DNA of 64,000 nt from an uncultured Desulfospira sp. (lineage in GTDB: Bacteria; Desulfobacterota; Desulfobacteria; Desulfobacterales; Desulfobacteraceae), in NCBI GenBank assembly GCA_963663165.1, contig OY760175.1, positions 2,304,001 to 2,368,000 of the forward strand. Reading direction: 5' to 3'. Shown here piece after piece: positions 9,579 through 18,803 of this stretch. Below the pieces are notes generated by a model. It was not told where the DNA came from. It saw nothing but the letters and a program-made list of their open reading frames with translations, and searched no databases. Made by a program: the position numbers and the translations under genes. Each line of letters opens with the position of its first letter. Position 1 is the first letter of the stretch.

Positions 9579-11936
9579 CTATTGTCGATTTTTATATTTT
9601 CCAATCAAATCGTTTAAAGTTTTCAAGAATGAATTGAGGTATTCTTCATCAACAGTGTGATTGTCTGTGTTCTTTAATAAGTTCTGTACCGTTCTCAAAT
9701 CAGTTTTGACCTCATCATATGAAAACTTTAGCGCATGATTATTTCTGATACTTCCCAACAAAAGAAAAAGCATATAAAAATCCACTAATGACCTTTTTCT
9801 AAAGCCTTTTTGTCCTTTCCGCTCTAAACCAAATAAGCTATTGAGTTTATCTTTTTGATCACTATTCTTTAAAAGAAGATTTAAATTTTCTATAAAGGTT
9901 TCAACTTTCCGAATACTCGTAATGAATTTTCGTTTTTCAAGTTCTTTTACTGATAGGCTTTCTAATGTTACTGAGATACTTTTCTTTTCTTTAATACGAC
10001 AATTTAATTTTTCTTCTCTTTTATAAACGCCTAAACTGTTTAAATAGTCTTTTTTATAAGCGATATAAGATAGCATAGTTATCATTTCTTCATTGAGCAT
10101 TCGATCTTTTGTTCCGTCTTTCCGACGCACTTTTATGTAAAACCAATCAATATGTTTGTCAGTTATTGTTCTAATCGTTTCAATTACATCTTTATCGAGG
10201 AAGGAATTCCACATTTCAAAAGAATTTTCTTTTATCGGATAGGGTTTGTTATTCAACCTGATAAATAGATCCACAGGGTCAAAGTCTGGATTCAGTTTAG
10301 AATCAATTTCAATAGTTTGTATCTTAAAGTCCAGAATTTTATCTTGAATGTCTGTGTCTAAATCGTCAAATTTTTTGTTGTTAAACTCTTTAAGAATCTT
10401 TAGTTTACCCAAAGAATAGTTAGAATTGCTTGTGTAAAACAGATTCCCTTTTTCATCTCTATATTGTTTCCCTAAAAAACCAAGAATGGAAAGTAGTCTT
10501 TGTTGACCATCTACCAATTCTTTCGTTTTATCCTCATTTTTAAATATAAAAATAGGGGGTAAATTTATACCTAAAAGAATACTTTCTATGATCGCAGAAG
10601 ATTTATAAATAGAGATTTTTTCTTGCCTTTGATAAGAGGGTCTTAAAAGATATTTTTGTGTCCTCAAATCACTCATTAATTCATCAACTGGAACAACTGA
10701 AGGGTCAGGTTTGTTAGCTCGGAGGCTTTCAAGTTCTTGAATTTTTAATTTCGCATCTGTTTCACTTTGTCTTAGTTTTTTAATCTTCTTTTTAAATTTT
10801 GCATCTTTTATGTAAATTGAAAAATTTACATCATATCTTTTTTCGAAAAAATTGGCTGTATCTTGGAATCGACTTATAATAGGCTTGTACTGGAAACTAT
10901 TGTCAGCAAGGTAGAGCCTGGAATTGTTTGAATAATGACTTTCTATAGAGCGGCAATCCTCTTTTTGAAAAGAAATGATTTCGCCACCATCTTTTTTTTC
11001 TTTCGATAGAATATCTATGGCCCACAAAATACATTCATAAATTAATTTGTTATTTTTAATCTCGTCATCAGACATGTTATTTCGGACTTCAATTACAAGT
11101 TCTAATTTTTCCAAAAAACTATTGCAAAAAGCATCTATCTCATCTGTGTTTTCTCTCAAAAAATCATAATATAGTTGAAGAATTTCTGTACGGTTATTCC
11201 CAGCAGCATAAGATGTTATTGGAAATTTTGTTAACACCATAAATTTACGCAGAAACTGCAATACTAATGCCATCTCACTGGAACTTTTTTGTCCTCGCGG
11301 CCCCAAAAAACAATCAACAATATTTTTTAGCAGGACTTTGTTTTTTAGCAACTTGCCTCTTAGGTAATTTGTGATATCATCTTCGTCATATTTTGCGTTG
11401 TCAATCTCGGACGTGTTTAAAGGAGTTATACCTGAATTATATCTCCTGAAGATTTCTTTTTTAATTTTATCTTCAACAATCGGATCTAATTGTGGTTCAT
11501 TTATAACTTCAAATTCGAAAATTCGAATTTTGGCTGAGTCTAAAATATCCACTATGTCAGAATCTAGTTTATTAAATGTTGATTTTTGAAGTTGTGGTAA
11601 TTTTAGCAAACCTTGAAGAGAAAGTGCTATCTCGTTTCGTTTAAACCTTTTAATAGTTTCAAATCGTTGTCTTCCATCTATCACCTCAATTTTACCATTG
11701 GAGTTAAAAAAAATTAAAGGGGGGATATCGGTCCCTAAAATTATACTTTCAATAAAAAAAGTTGCTTTATTTTTATCCCACACATAATTTCGCTGATAAT
11801 ATGGATCATATTTGATTTTTCGAGACAGTCTTTCTCCAAACAGTGTTTTAATAGACATCGAGTATGAGGTGATTTTTAAATGGCTTTTAAAAATTTTCTC
11901 AAATTCCTTCTGGTTTAGATAAAGTTCTTTTTCCAT
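9579..11936 (-). CDS. Tandem DUF262 (GmrSD/ParB-like) domain protein, putative anti-phage
   Basis: Two DUF262 signatures: PYYQRNYVW..FIESIILG.DIPP..VIDGRQRFETI..FRRYNSG and PSYQRQ..IIESILLG.NLPP..LVDGQQRLLSI..FIRLNN. Confidence 0.85.
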   Translation of the reverse strand: MEKELYLNQKEFEKIFKSHLKITSYSMSIKTLFGERLSRKIKYDPYYQRNYVWDKNKATFFIESIILGTDIPPLIFFNSNGKIEVIDGRQRFETIKRFKRNEIALSLQGLLKLPQLQKSTFNKLDSDIVDILDSAKIRIFEFEVINEPQLDPIVEDKIKKEIFRRYNSGITPLNTSEIDNAKYDEDDITNYLRGKLLKNKVLLKNIVDCFLGPRGQKSSSEMALVLQFLRKFMVLTKFPITSYAAGNNRTEILQLYYDFLRENTDEIDAFCNSFLEKLELVIEVRNNMSDDEIKNNKLIYECILWAIDILSKEKKDGGEIISFQKEDCRSIESHYSNNSRLYLADNSFQYKPIISRFQDTANFFEKRYDVNFSIYIKDAKFKKKIKKLRQSETDAKLKIQELESLRANKPDPSVVPVDELMSDLRTQKYLLRPSYQRQEKISIYKSSAIIESILLGINLPPIFIFKNEDKTKELVDGQQRLLSILGFLGKQYRDEKGNLFYTSNSNYSLGKLKILKEFNNKKFDDLDTDIQDKILDFKIQTIEIDSKLNPDFDPVDLFIRLNNKPYPIKENSFEMWNSFLDKDVIETIRTITDKHIDWFYIKVRRKDGTKDRMLNEEMITMLSYIAYKKDYLNSLGVYKREEKLNCRIKEKKSISVTLESLSVKELEKRKFITSIRKVETFIENLNLLLKNSDQKDKLNSLFGLERKGQKGFRKRSLVDFYMLFLLLGSIRNNHALKFSYDEVKTDLRTVQNLLKNTDNHTVDEEYLNSFLKTLNDLIGKYKNRQ

Positions 11937-11948
11937 AAAAAACCTATA

Positions 11949-13178
11949 TTAATTTTGATCCATTGTTATGTTTATTGAGTTATCAGAAATGATTAAATAG
12001 CTTAATTCATAGTCATTAATTTTCACCTCTGTATTGAATTTTGCATCCTCGAACCTTGAAATTGCCATAATATCATAGATGAGAAAGTTAAGAAAAAGAG
12101 AGAACGTTTGAATCGAATAGTTAAAATAGTCATGGAAACGAAAATCGTAATCATCGGACAAATGGACCTTTAGGGATATCTGATTTAAATCAATCATTGT
12201 TAGCTCAAAAATTGAATTGAGGGCCGGATGATTTTGGGAAATGTTGATCACTTCTCCTTCAAACAACTTATATTTTTCTTTCTTTCCTTGGTTAATACAT
12301 ACAGCCAACATTTGCACAAACCAATTATGAAATAAAAGAATATTTTTGTGATCGGGTGTTAAATATTTTTTATACATAACTTTTAAGGTCGGAGGCAAAT
12401 GTTTGAGAAGATTGTATTTTAAAATGAAAGGTTGGAAGTTCCTGCCATATACAGTATGAGCGTTATAGAACAACATAAGCAACTCTTGCTCTCTAAGTTG
12501 AGAACGAACAATTTTTGCATAAAAAAATTGCTCTTTATCTGTTAGACTTGAGGAGTCTTCAATAAATCTAACAATTCTATACAACGATCTAAAATAATGC
12601 GCAAAACTATTTTTATCTTGAAAATAAATATCTTCATATACTTCGATAGATGCAGTATGTAATGTCTGAGGATCGTTTTCATTATCTTCATTAACCTGAA
12701 ATCTTTGGCATAGACTATCTACATTGTTTTCAAAAAATTTTTGAGTGCTGTACAGATCGCGGGTTATATCGGTATAGACATTCAACAAAGCGAAGAATGT
12801 TGATTCAAATTGTTGTTTTTTAAGTATTTTTGACTGGGTGGTATATATTTTCCGGGAAGCTTCTAATTCTTTTGTTTGAAAGCTAAATTCTTTTGATTGA
12901 AGCTGAAGTGCTTCAATTTGTTTTTCAAGAGCATCTCGATTAATTTGAATATCTTTTCTTTGCTCCTTTAACGCTATATAGAAGAGGATTACCCCTGCTA
13001 AAGCCCAAATTGAACCAACAACACCTGTAATAAAATCGCCAAATTGACCAAATGCTTCTTTATTGATAGGTACACTAGCATCCAAGATCGGCTCTTTCCA
13101 TATATAAAAAAAAGGAGCGGCCAAAAATATACATACGCCAATGCCAATTAGAATGTATGTGCATTTTTCATTTAGCAA
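11949..13178 (-). CDS. Membrane-anchored putative phage abortive infection protein (putAbiC-like)
   Basis: N-terminal TMs with FGQFGDFITG, coiled coil, QQFESTFFALL..FAHYFRSLYRIVRFI..YAKIVRSQL.EQELLMLFYN; TTG start at 13178 with AAGAGG RBS. Confidence 0.8.
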   Translation of the reverse strand: MLNEKCTYILIGIGVCIFLAAPFFYIWKEPILDASVPINKEAFGQFGDFITGVVGSIWALAGVILFYIALKEQRKDIQINRDALEKQIEALQLQSKEFSFQTKELEASRKIYTTQSKILKKQQFESTFFALLNVYTDITRDLYSTQKFFENNVDSLCQRFQVNEDNENDPQTLHTASIEVYEDIYFQDKNSFAHYFRSLYRIVRFIEDSSSLTDKEQFFYAKIVRSQLREQELLMLFYNAHTVYGRNFQPFILKYNLLKHLPPTLKVMYKKYLTPDHKNILLFHNWFVQMLAVCINQGKKEKYKLFEGEVINISQNHPALNSIFELTMIDLNQISLKVHLSDDYDFRFHDYFNYSIQTFSLFLNFLIYDIMAISRFEDAKFNTEVKINDYELSYLIISDNSINITMDQN

Positions 13179-13497
13179 AATACGCCTCTTTCCGAATTTT
13201 AATTTTGCTTTAAGCTTGTTTCTTGTAACAAAAGATATTACGGCTAACAATTCATCGAGTAAAGAAATATATTAAATTTTGCGTTAAAAAGAAATAGGGC
13301 CAAAGTGAACAATAATATTTAAGGACTCCCAAGCCAATTTTAAAACGGCGTTGGCTACTTTCGTTATTGCATGGATTGAAAATCTGCGAGATCGAATAAA
13401 GACTTCGAACAGACTCAGATTTTCGGTCAGACAACGCCACCAGACTTTCCATGTCATCCTGCTTAATTACTTCAGTTCATCTGCCGATACAAGACCT

Positions 13498-13716
13498 ATG
13501 GAAAGTTACGTAATCAAAAATTGCAAAGGATGTAATCTGCCTCTTCGTATCCCTGCAGATATTGGGGGAATGCTCATGCGTTGCCCGAACTGTGGGTATG
13601 AATTCCATACCGATTTCAAACTCGGTGCAAAAGTCCGAAGAGTTATAGCTGGCAAAGATCCCGGCCAGGTAACGCCCGCCCAAAGGCCCCCATCTACTTT
13701 TAAAATCATCGTGTAA
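13498..13716 (+). CDS. Small Zn-ribbon protein
   Basis: CKGC-x15-CPNC. Confidence 0.5.
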   Translation: MESYVIKNCKGCNLPLRIPADIGGMLMRCPNCGYEFHTDFKLGAKVRRVIAGKDPGQVTPAQRPPSTFKIIV

Positions 13717-13843
13717 TCTCCGCAGCACCGCCAAAGGTTCCACCTGATATAGTCTGTCAGTTGAAGAAAACGATCTAACTTTGTAATATATTTGATCAAA
13801 GGCTGTTCCAAGGCAAAAAGGTAAAATTTTAAAGGAGAACATC

Positions 13844-14679
13844 ATGAAAGTATCAAATGCAATCGACACTTTTCTGAATTATCAAAAAATGAATTCAAAA
13901 AAAACACCATAAGAAATTATCGTTTCTTTCTGACACGGTTCAGAAAAGAATATGGTTTTTTTGAAATATCAGAAATCACATCCGAGCAGGTTATGATTTT
14001 TTTGACCAAGGTTACTGAGGGTCAAAAGCAATCAACGAAGAAACTTAAATTTTCCATGCTCACGTCATTCTTCAATTTTATCAAAGATTCATTTGATTCA
14101 ACGCTCTCAAATCCCTGTGACACCCCTATATTGAGAAAAACATTCAAAACAGCCAAGGGTAGGTCGTGGACAATTCTTGACAGGGACATTGTGGACGAAA
14201 TTATATTTAAGACAAATAATTCCAGAAACCGGTTGATGCTCGAACTGATGGCAAGAGGTGGGATGAGAGTTGGAGAGGTCCTGAAATTAAAAGCCAAGAA
14301 TGTGCACGGCAGAAAATTGGTTTTATCTGATCCGAAAAGCGGAAATCAGACTGAGATTGTTTTTATCCCTAAAAAAGTAGCGGACCGTTTACGAGAATAT
14401 ATCATCAACGTCAAGATAGGAGATGACCATAACGTGTTTCCATTTGGATACACCAGAGCCCGTGAAATAGTTCAAAATGCTGGGAAAATGATAAATTTGA
14501 ATTTGAATCCTCACGATCTTAGACGCCATGCCGCTACTTATGCAAGCAGATCAGGCGTTCCCATTGAAATCGTTTCAAAAATAATCCTCCGCCATGCGAA
14601 TCTTTCAACAACACAGCGGTATCTTGGGAAAGTCAGTGATACAGAGGCAATCCACTGGATTGATAATCTTTACAAATAA
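13844..14679 (+). CDS. Site-specific tyrosine recombinase split by a -1 frameshift at A8 (13897-13904)
   Basis: AAGGAG RBS, ATG 13844 MKVSNAIDTFLNYQKMNSKK, then -1 frame NTIRNYRFFL... joining ORF 13993; catalytic GMRVGE, PKSG, HDLRRH, LRH, TQRYL. Confidence 0.85.
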
Positions 14680-14685
14680 AATTTG

Positions 14686-14709
14686 GGGGACAGGTAAACG
14701 CCGGTCCCC
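14686..14709 (+). terminator. Hairpin after recombinase gene
   Basis: GGGGACAGG-taaacg-CCGGTCCCC, one mismatch. Confidence 0.45.
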
Positions 14710-14811
14710 GAGTTACTTTATAACACCATATCTTGTGCCAAGCCTTTGCTAAGATTCAAAAAATGTAACGCGGATACGCCAAATCAGCTACAAAATAATA
14801 TAACGGGAAGA

Positions 14812-14880
14812 TATCCCGCCGCTTTACCCCGCCAATAAAATATATAAACCTTACCTCGCTTACCCCGCAGTTATCCCGCC
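14812..14880. repeat. Iteron-like TA(C/T)CCCGC repeats (5 copies)
   Basis: tatcccgcc 14812, taccccgcc 14825, tacctcgct 14852, taccccgca 14861, tatcccgcc 14872. Confidence 0.7.
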
Positions 14881-14940
14881 GCGAATTTTTTCGAAAAAAG
14901 CTTTGCCAATCTATTTGGAAGAAGTCAATACTTCCTTGAT

Positions 14941-14972
14941 AAAAAAGGCTCGAAGCTGCAACTTCGAGCCTT
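14941..14972 (-). terminator. Intrinsic terminator on the minus strand (possible antisense RNA 3' end)
   Basis: 11-bp stem AAGGCTCGAAG/CTTCGAGCCTT ending in a T6 run on the minus strand; no minus-strand gene feeds it. Confidence 0.65.
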
Positions 14973-15057
14973 CAATGTAGACATCCGAGTAGGTTACGGA
15001 AGCCACACCACCGTTTTTATCTAACCACGGCTTCCGTAATTTAGCAAGAGCGGAAGC

Positions 15058-15447
15058 ATGGAAATCGTTTTATTAAAACGTATCGAGTGTAAGCGATGTT
15101 TCCAAATTTTCTATGTGTGCCGCAGTTGCTGGCGGGGGCAGGCATATTGCTGTCAAGAATGCCGCCAGGAGGCCCGCAAAGAAGCGCACTGCAAAGCTCA
15201 AAAAAAATATCGACAAACGCCAAAAGGTAAAGAGGCCCACCGTCGTCAAGAAAAAAACAAAAGATTACGTCAAGCTGAAAAAACCATGGATGATACATCT
15301 ACTATACCCGGTGTAACCCATGATAGTGTCTCTCCCAAGCCATTATGTTCCGGCCCCTGTTGCCATTTTTGTGGGAAAATTGGTTGGGTTGTAGAGCATT
15401 TTCCCTGGCGCGGATATGCAAAACGACCTGTAAGGGCCAATCAATGA
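15058..15447 (+). CDS. Cys-rich basic Zn-binding hypothetical protein
   Basis: CKRC..CRSC..QAYCCQEC, basic helix, C-terminal CHFC. Confidence 0.7.
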   Translation: MEIVLLKRIECKRCFQIFYVCRSCWRGQAYCCQECRQEARKEAHCKAQKKYRQTPKGKEAHRRQEKNKRLRQAEKTMDDTSTIPGVTHDSVSPKPLCSGPCCHFCGKIGWVVEHFPWRGYAKRPVRANQ

Positions 15448-15471
15448 AACATCTTAATGGAGGATAAGACA

Positions 15472-15861
15472 ATGAAAAAAGAAATATTGACAGGCCATTG
15501 CAACAAAATGAAAAACAGATTTTCATCCCGGGAGCTATTTAAACTGAGAAACGATATCCCTGTGGATATGCTGATCCGTGACCATTTACAGATTCCATCC
15601 AAAATCAGGGATGGTGTTTTCCGGTTTTTATGTCCTTTGTGCAATGAGTTTCAAACCGCTGTAAATCCAGCCACCAATCTGGCCAGGTGTTTTCGGTGTG
15701 AGAAGAATTTCAACACCATTGATCTGGTCATGGAAGTCAAGGGATATGGATTCAGGGACAGTGTATTTTTTTTGAAAGAACTGGATGCGGTCTCCTATGT
15801 CCCGGCAAATGTGTTGACGTCTCTTGCCACCGGTATCGGTCAACCCTGGCCTGGGAAGTAA
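15472..15861 (+). CDS. Stand-alone CHC2-type (primase-like) zinc-finger protein
   Basis: FLCPLCNEFQTAVNPATNLARCFRCEKNFNTIDLVM..GFRDSV; GGAGGA RBS before ATG 15472. Confidence 0.85.
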   Translation: MKKEILTGHCNKMKNRFSSRELFKLRNDIPVDMLIRDHLQIPSKIRDGVFRFLCPLCNEFQTAVNPATNLARCFRCEKNFNTIDLVMEVKGYGFRDSVFFLKELDAVSYVPANVLTSLATGIGQPWPGK

Positions 15862-15863
15862 AG

Positions 15864-16418
15864 ATGAAACGGCTGCTTCAACTGGAGACCCTTATTGCCC
15901 GTAATCAGGAGAGTTTCTATAAGATCGGTCAGGCGTTAAAAGAAATCCGTGACAGCCGCCTGTACAAACTGGCCCTGTTTGAGACATTTGAAGCATATAC
16001 CAGGGAACGGTGGGATATGGGCAAGTCCCATGCATACCGCCTGATCAAATCTTATGAAGTGATCTATAATTTGTCCCCAATTGGGGACAAAACACCTGCC
16101 AATGAATCCCAGGTCCGGCCTCTTGCTCAATTGGACCCCCTGGACCAGCGCAACACCTGGAAGGCAATCATAGACAACGGTATTGAGTTAACCGCACGGA
16201 ACATCAAAAAATTTGTAGAGGCCCAAAAAATACCCCCGGAGAACAAACCGGATTTGGCGGAACGGATTTCGGCTGAATACATGGCAGCCGTACATGCAAT
16301 GATTGAACAGGTGCGGGTGGCCCAGCATGATCATTGGCAGCAAACGTCCCGGCAGGCTGCATTGTTGTGGCACAGGGTGATCCGCGAAAAAATTTTATCA
16401 AAAGGGGCAAGACAATGA
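15864..16418 (+). CDS. HTH DNA-binding hypothetical protein (DUF3102/KorB-like)
   Basis: IGQALKEIRDSRLY..TFEAY..ERWDMGKSHAYRLI..PANESQVRPL. Confidence 0.7.
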   Translation: MKRLLQLETLIARNQESFYKIGQALKEIRDSRLYKLALFETFEAYTRERWDMGKSHAYRLIKSYEVIYNLSPIGDKTPANESQVRPLAQLDPLDQRNTWKAIIDNGIELTARNIKKFVEAQKIPPENKPDLAERISAEYMAAVHAMIEQVRVAQHDHWQQTSRQAALLWHRVIREKILSKGARQ

Positions 16419-18082
16419 AGAACCTGAGCCTTGATGACCGTTTTTATTTGCTGCTCCATAAAAAAATCATGAATAAAACCGGATCAGCCAAAAGAAGGTC
16501 CAAAAAATATTACAAAGACCAGTACAGGAAAACCGGCATTATCCCGACGCCCCTTCTACTGGTTGAAAAAGGGATTATGGACGGCCGCAAATGCAGCGGC
16601 CGGCCCCGGTCCATAGATGAACAAACCAAAAGGCGGTTTATCGAAATGGTCAAGGCCTCCTGTGACCCGTCATCCCAGGGGTTTATTTTTATTACCCGAA
16701 AAGCCAGAACCATTAAAAATTACCACTATTGGCTTGAAAGAGAATTGGGAAAAACCATCAGCCTTCCGGCACTCAGGCGATGTGCCCAAAGGGAAGGCCT
16801 TAAATTTTACCTGGAAAAAGAAGATTTTGAAGAAAATGCCCCGGTGAAAAACGCATTCAAGCCTGTTCCGGTGTTTGGCCTGATACAGGTAGACGGTTGC
16901 AACTTTCGATATTTAAAAATCAAAAATGAGGCTGGCCACTGGCAAAAACCCCAAGTCATTGAAACGTTTGATACCGGTTCCCGGTACATGTTTGAACTTG
17001 ATGCCTATTTCGATGAAAGCAGCTTAAGCTCAGTGGATTTGTTTAACCGGTTTTTGCTTTCCACCCCATTTCCCCAGAAGAAAGTCCGGTTCAGGCCGGA
17101 TAACGCCACAGGATTTGTAAATCTCAAAAGAGTCATCAACGCCTTGAATATAAAACATTCCGTTCCCGGAGGATTTTATCTGGCGCCGGATTTTTCAAGG
17201 GTAAGTGCCCCCAGGGACAAGGCCCATCTTGAGTCCTCCCATCGCAGTCTTCATAATTTTGAAATCCGAATCATCAAGGCGTTTGAAGACAGGATTGTAA
17301 AGACCGTTCCAGGGGTTATCTTCAATAATAAGAAAAAAGAAAAAATCACTGTGACACTCCTTGATATTACACTCCGGGATTTAAGACACAGCCCCCTGAT
17401 AAAAGAATACCGCCACGAACATAACCACACCAAACATTATTTTAGCGAAAATGGAAAGATCAGTGCATGGGTTCCGGCACAAAAGCTGGAAGAATTTTTA
17501 TCAAGGCAAGCCGATATCCTTACCTTTTCACCGGATGAGGTGCAGGAATATATGAAGTATGGCTACAGGAAAATAAAAGCCACTGTATCTAACAAAAGAA
17601 CCATTCGCCATGACAACCGGATCTATTGTGTAACCAGTGGTACAGACCGGTTCAGCAGGCATAAAAGTACACCGGTGCAAATATCAGTATATAAGGGCAA
17701 GCTGTTTATTTTTGAACGGGGGGAAGACGGCATACTATTGGGCGAAGCCCTTGCCACAAAGCCGTTTGACAAACCACCTGACCCAAAATCTGTACCAGTG
17801 GCCCCGGATGAACTCGACATGATGATCATTTTTCTGGAAAAGCACAACATGGCCGTCGACCGGCGAGTCTTAATTGAAGCTTATCATAGCGGCCTCACTC
17901 TGGCCCGGGCTCAACAAGTGCTTCATCATAATCAATCCAGGTACAAGAATTATATGAAAAAGATGCGGCAACCTGAAACACAGAAAAAGCAGGCGGTATT
18001 CAATGCCTTTATGCTTGACTGCCGGAAATTGATCAATACAAACCATGTGGCCACGTATGCATCCTGCGGAGATTTAACATGA
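16415..18082 (+). CDS. DDE-type integrase/transposase (Mu/TnsB/IS481-like)
   Basis: N-terminal SGRPRS HTH; IQVDG, FDTGSRY, RPDNATGF, PRDKAHLES triad; ATGA overlap with the upstream gene. Confidence 0.82.
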   Translation: MKNLSLDDRFYLLLHKKIMNKTGSAKRRSKKYYKDQYRKTGIIPTPLLLVEKGIMDGRKCSGRPRSIDEQTKRRFIEMVKASCDPSSQGFIFITRKARTIKNYHYWLERELGKTISLPALRRCAQREGLKFYLEKEDFEENAPVKNAFKPVPVFGLIQVDGCNFRYLKIKNEAGHWQKPQVIETFDTGSRYMFELDAYFDESSLSSVDLFNRFLLSTPFPQKKVRFRPDNATGFVNLKRVINALNIKHSVPGGFYLAPDFSRVSAPRDKAHLESSHRSLHNFEIRIIKAFEDRIVKTVPGVIFNNKKKEKITVTLLDITLRDLRHSPLIKEYRHEHNHTKHYFSENGKISAWVPAQKLEEFLSRQADILTFSPDEVQEYMKYGYRKIKATVSNKRTIRHDNRIYCVTSGTDRFSRHKSTPVQISVYKGKLFIFERGEDGILLGEALATKPFDKPPDPKSVPVAPDELDMMIIFLEKHNMAVDRRVLIEAYHSGLTLARAQQVLHHNQSRYKNYMKKMRQPETQKKQAVFNAFMLDCRKLINTNHVATYASCGDLT

Positions 18083-18741
18083 AGGCAGATTTTATCAGTG
18101 ACAAACGAAGGGTATCATACCTGAGCGCCACTTATAGCCGGATCTACCGGGGCCGGAGCGTACTCATTGAGGGAGATTTTGGAGCGGGAAAAACCAGGTT
18201 TTTAAAACTGCTTCGTCCCAAAAAACTTCATGCCGTATGGGTAGAGTCCCTGTTCAACATACACGAAACCCTGGCATCCATACTCAAAGAATTGAACTAT
18301 GACACCACAGCCACATATCGCAGAACTCCCCAGTACCTGAAAATGATCTGCAACCTGTCCAACTGCTTTATTATTATTGATGAGGCCAATGATCTGGATA
18401 CCAGGGTCTGGCCATATCTTAAGCGGATCATTGATGCCGGTGTTCCTATTGTTTTTGCAGGGCTTCCAAAGGTCAGGACCTATTTGATTCGCAATCACCC
18501 TGATATCCTCAGCCGGTTGAAAACCCTGATTTTATATCCCATAGAGGTTGAGGGCTTTATCGAACAATATAAAGATATCCAGCAGGAAGCCGTTGAGCAA
18601 ATTTATATGGCGGTCAAAGGCGACATGCGTAAATTTAAAGAAATCTGTACTGACTGCCGGGACAAGGCAAAGGAATTGAACCACCAATTTGTTGACATTA
18701 ATCTTGCCCTGGAGTTTATATCTGACCTTCCTCCCCAGTAA
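18079..18741 (+). CDS. AAA+ ATPase, transposition helper-like (TniB/ExeA-like)
   Basis: Walker A GDFGAGKT, Walker B IIIDEA, ILSRL; ATGA overlap with the transposase. Confidence 0.85.
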   Translation: MKADFISDKRRVSYLSATYSRIYRGRSVLIEGDFGAGKTRFLKLLRPKKLHAVWVESLFNIHETLASILKELNYDTTATYRRTPQYLKMICNLSNCFIIIDEANDLDTRVWPYLKRIIDAGVPIVFAGLPKVRTYLIRNHPDILSRLKTLILYPIEVEGFIEQYKDIQQEAVEQIYMAVKGDMRKFKEICTDCRDKAKELNHQFVDINLALEFISDLPPQ

Positions 18742-18763
18742 TCCCTGAAAAGTAGATCCGTAA

Positions 18764-18803
18764 AAACAGGCCACTTCTGATTTAACCGGAAGATGGCCTG
18801 TTT
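18764..18803 (+). terminator. Hairpin after the ATPase gene
   Basis: AAACAGGCCA...TGGCCTGTTT followed by a T-rich tract. Confidence 0.6.

Noticed and set aside
13242..13357. GGCTAAC...GTTGGCT as an integron attC site
   Set aside because: The outer boxes are roughly complementary, but the inner arms pair poorly and no integron integrase or array was seen.
14812..14880. Short repeats (also 29479-29544) as a mini-CRISPR
   Set aside because: Units are 8-10 bp, there are no spacers of CRISPR length, and no cas genes are present in the window.
15864..16418. DNA methyltransferase
   Set aside because: No SAM-binding FxGxG or DPPY/NPPY/PC catalytic motif.
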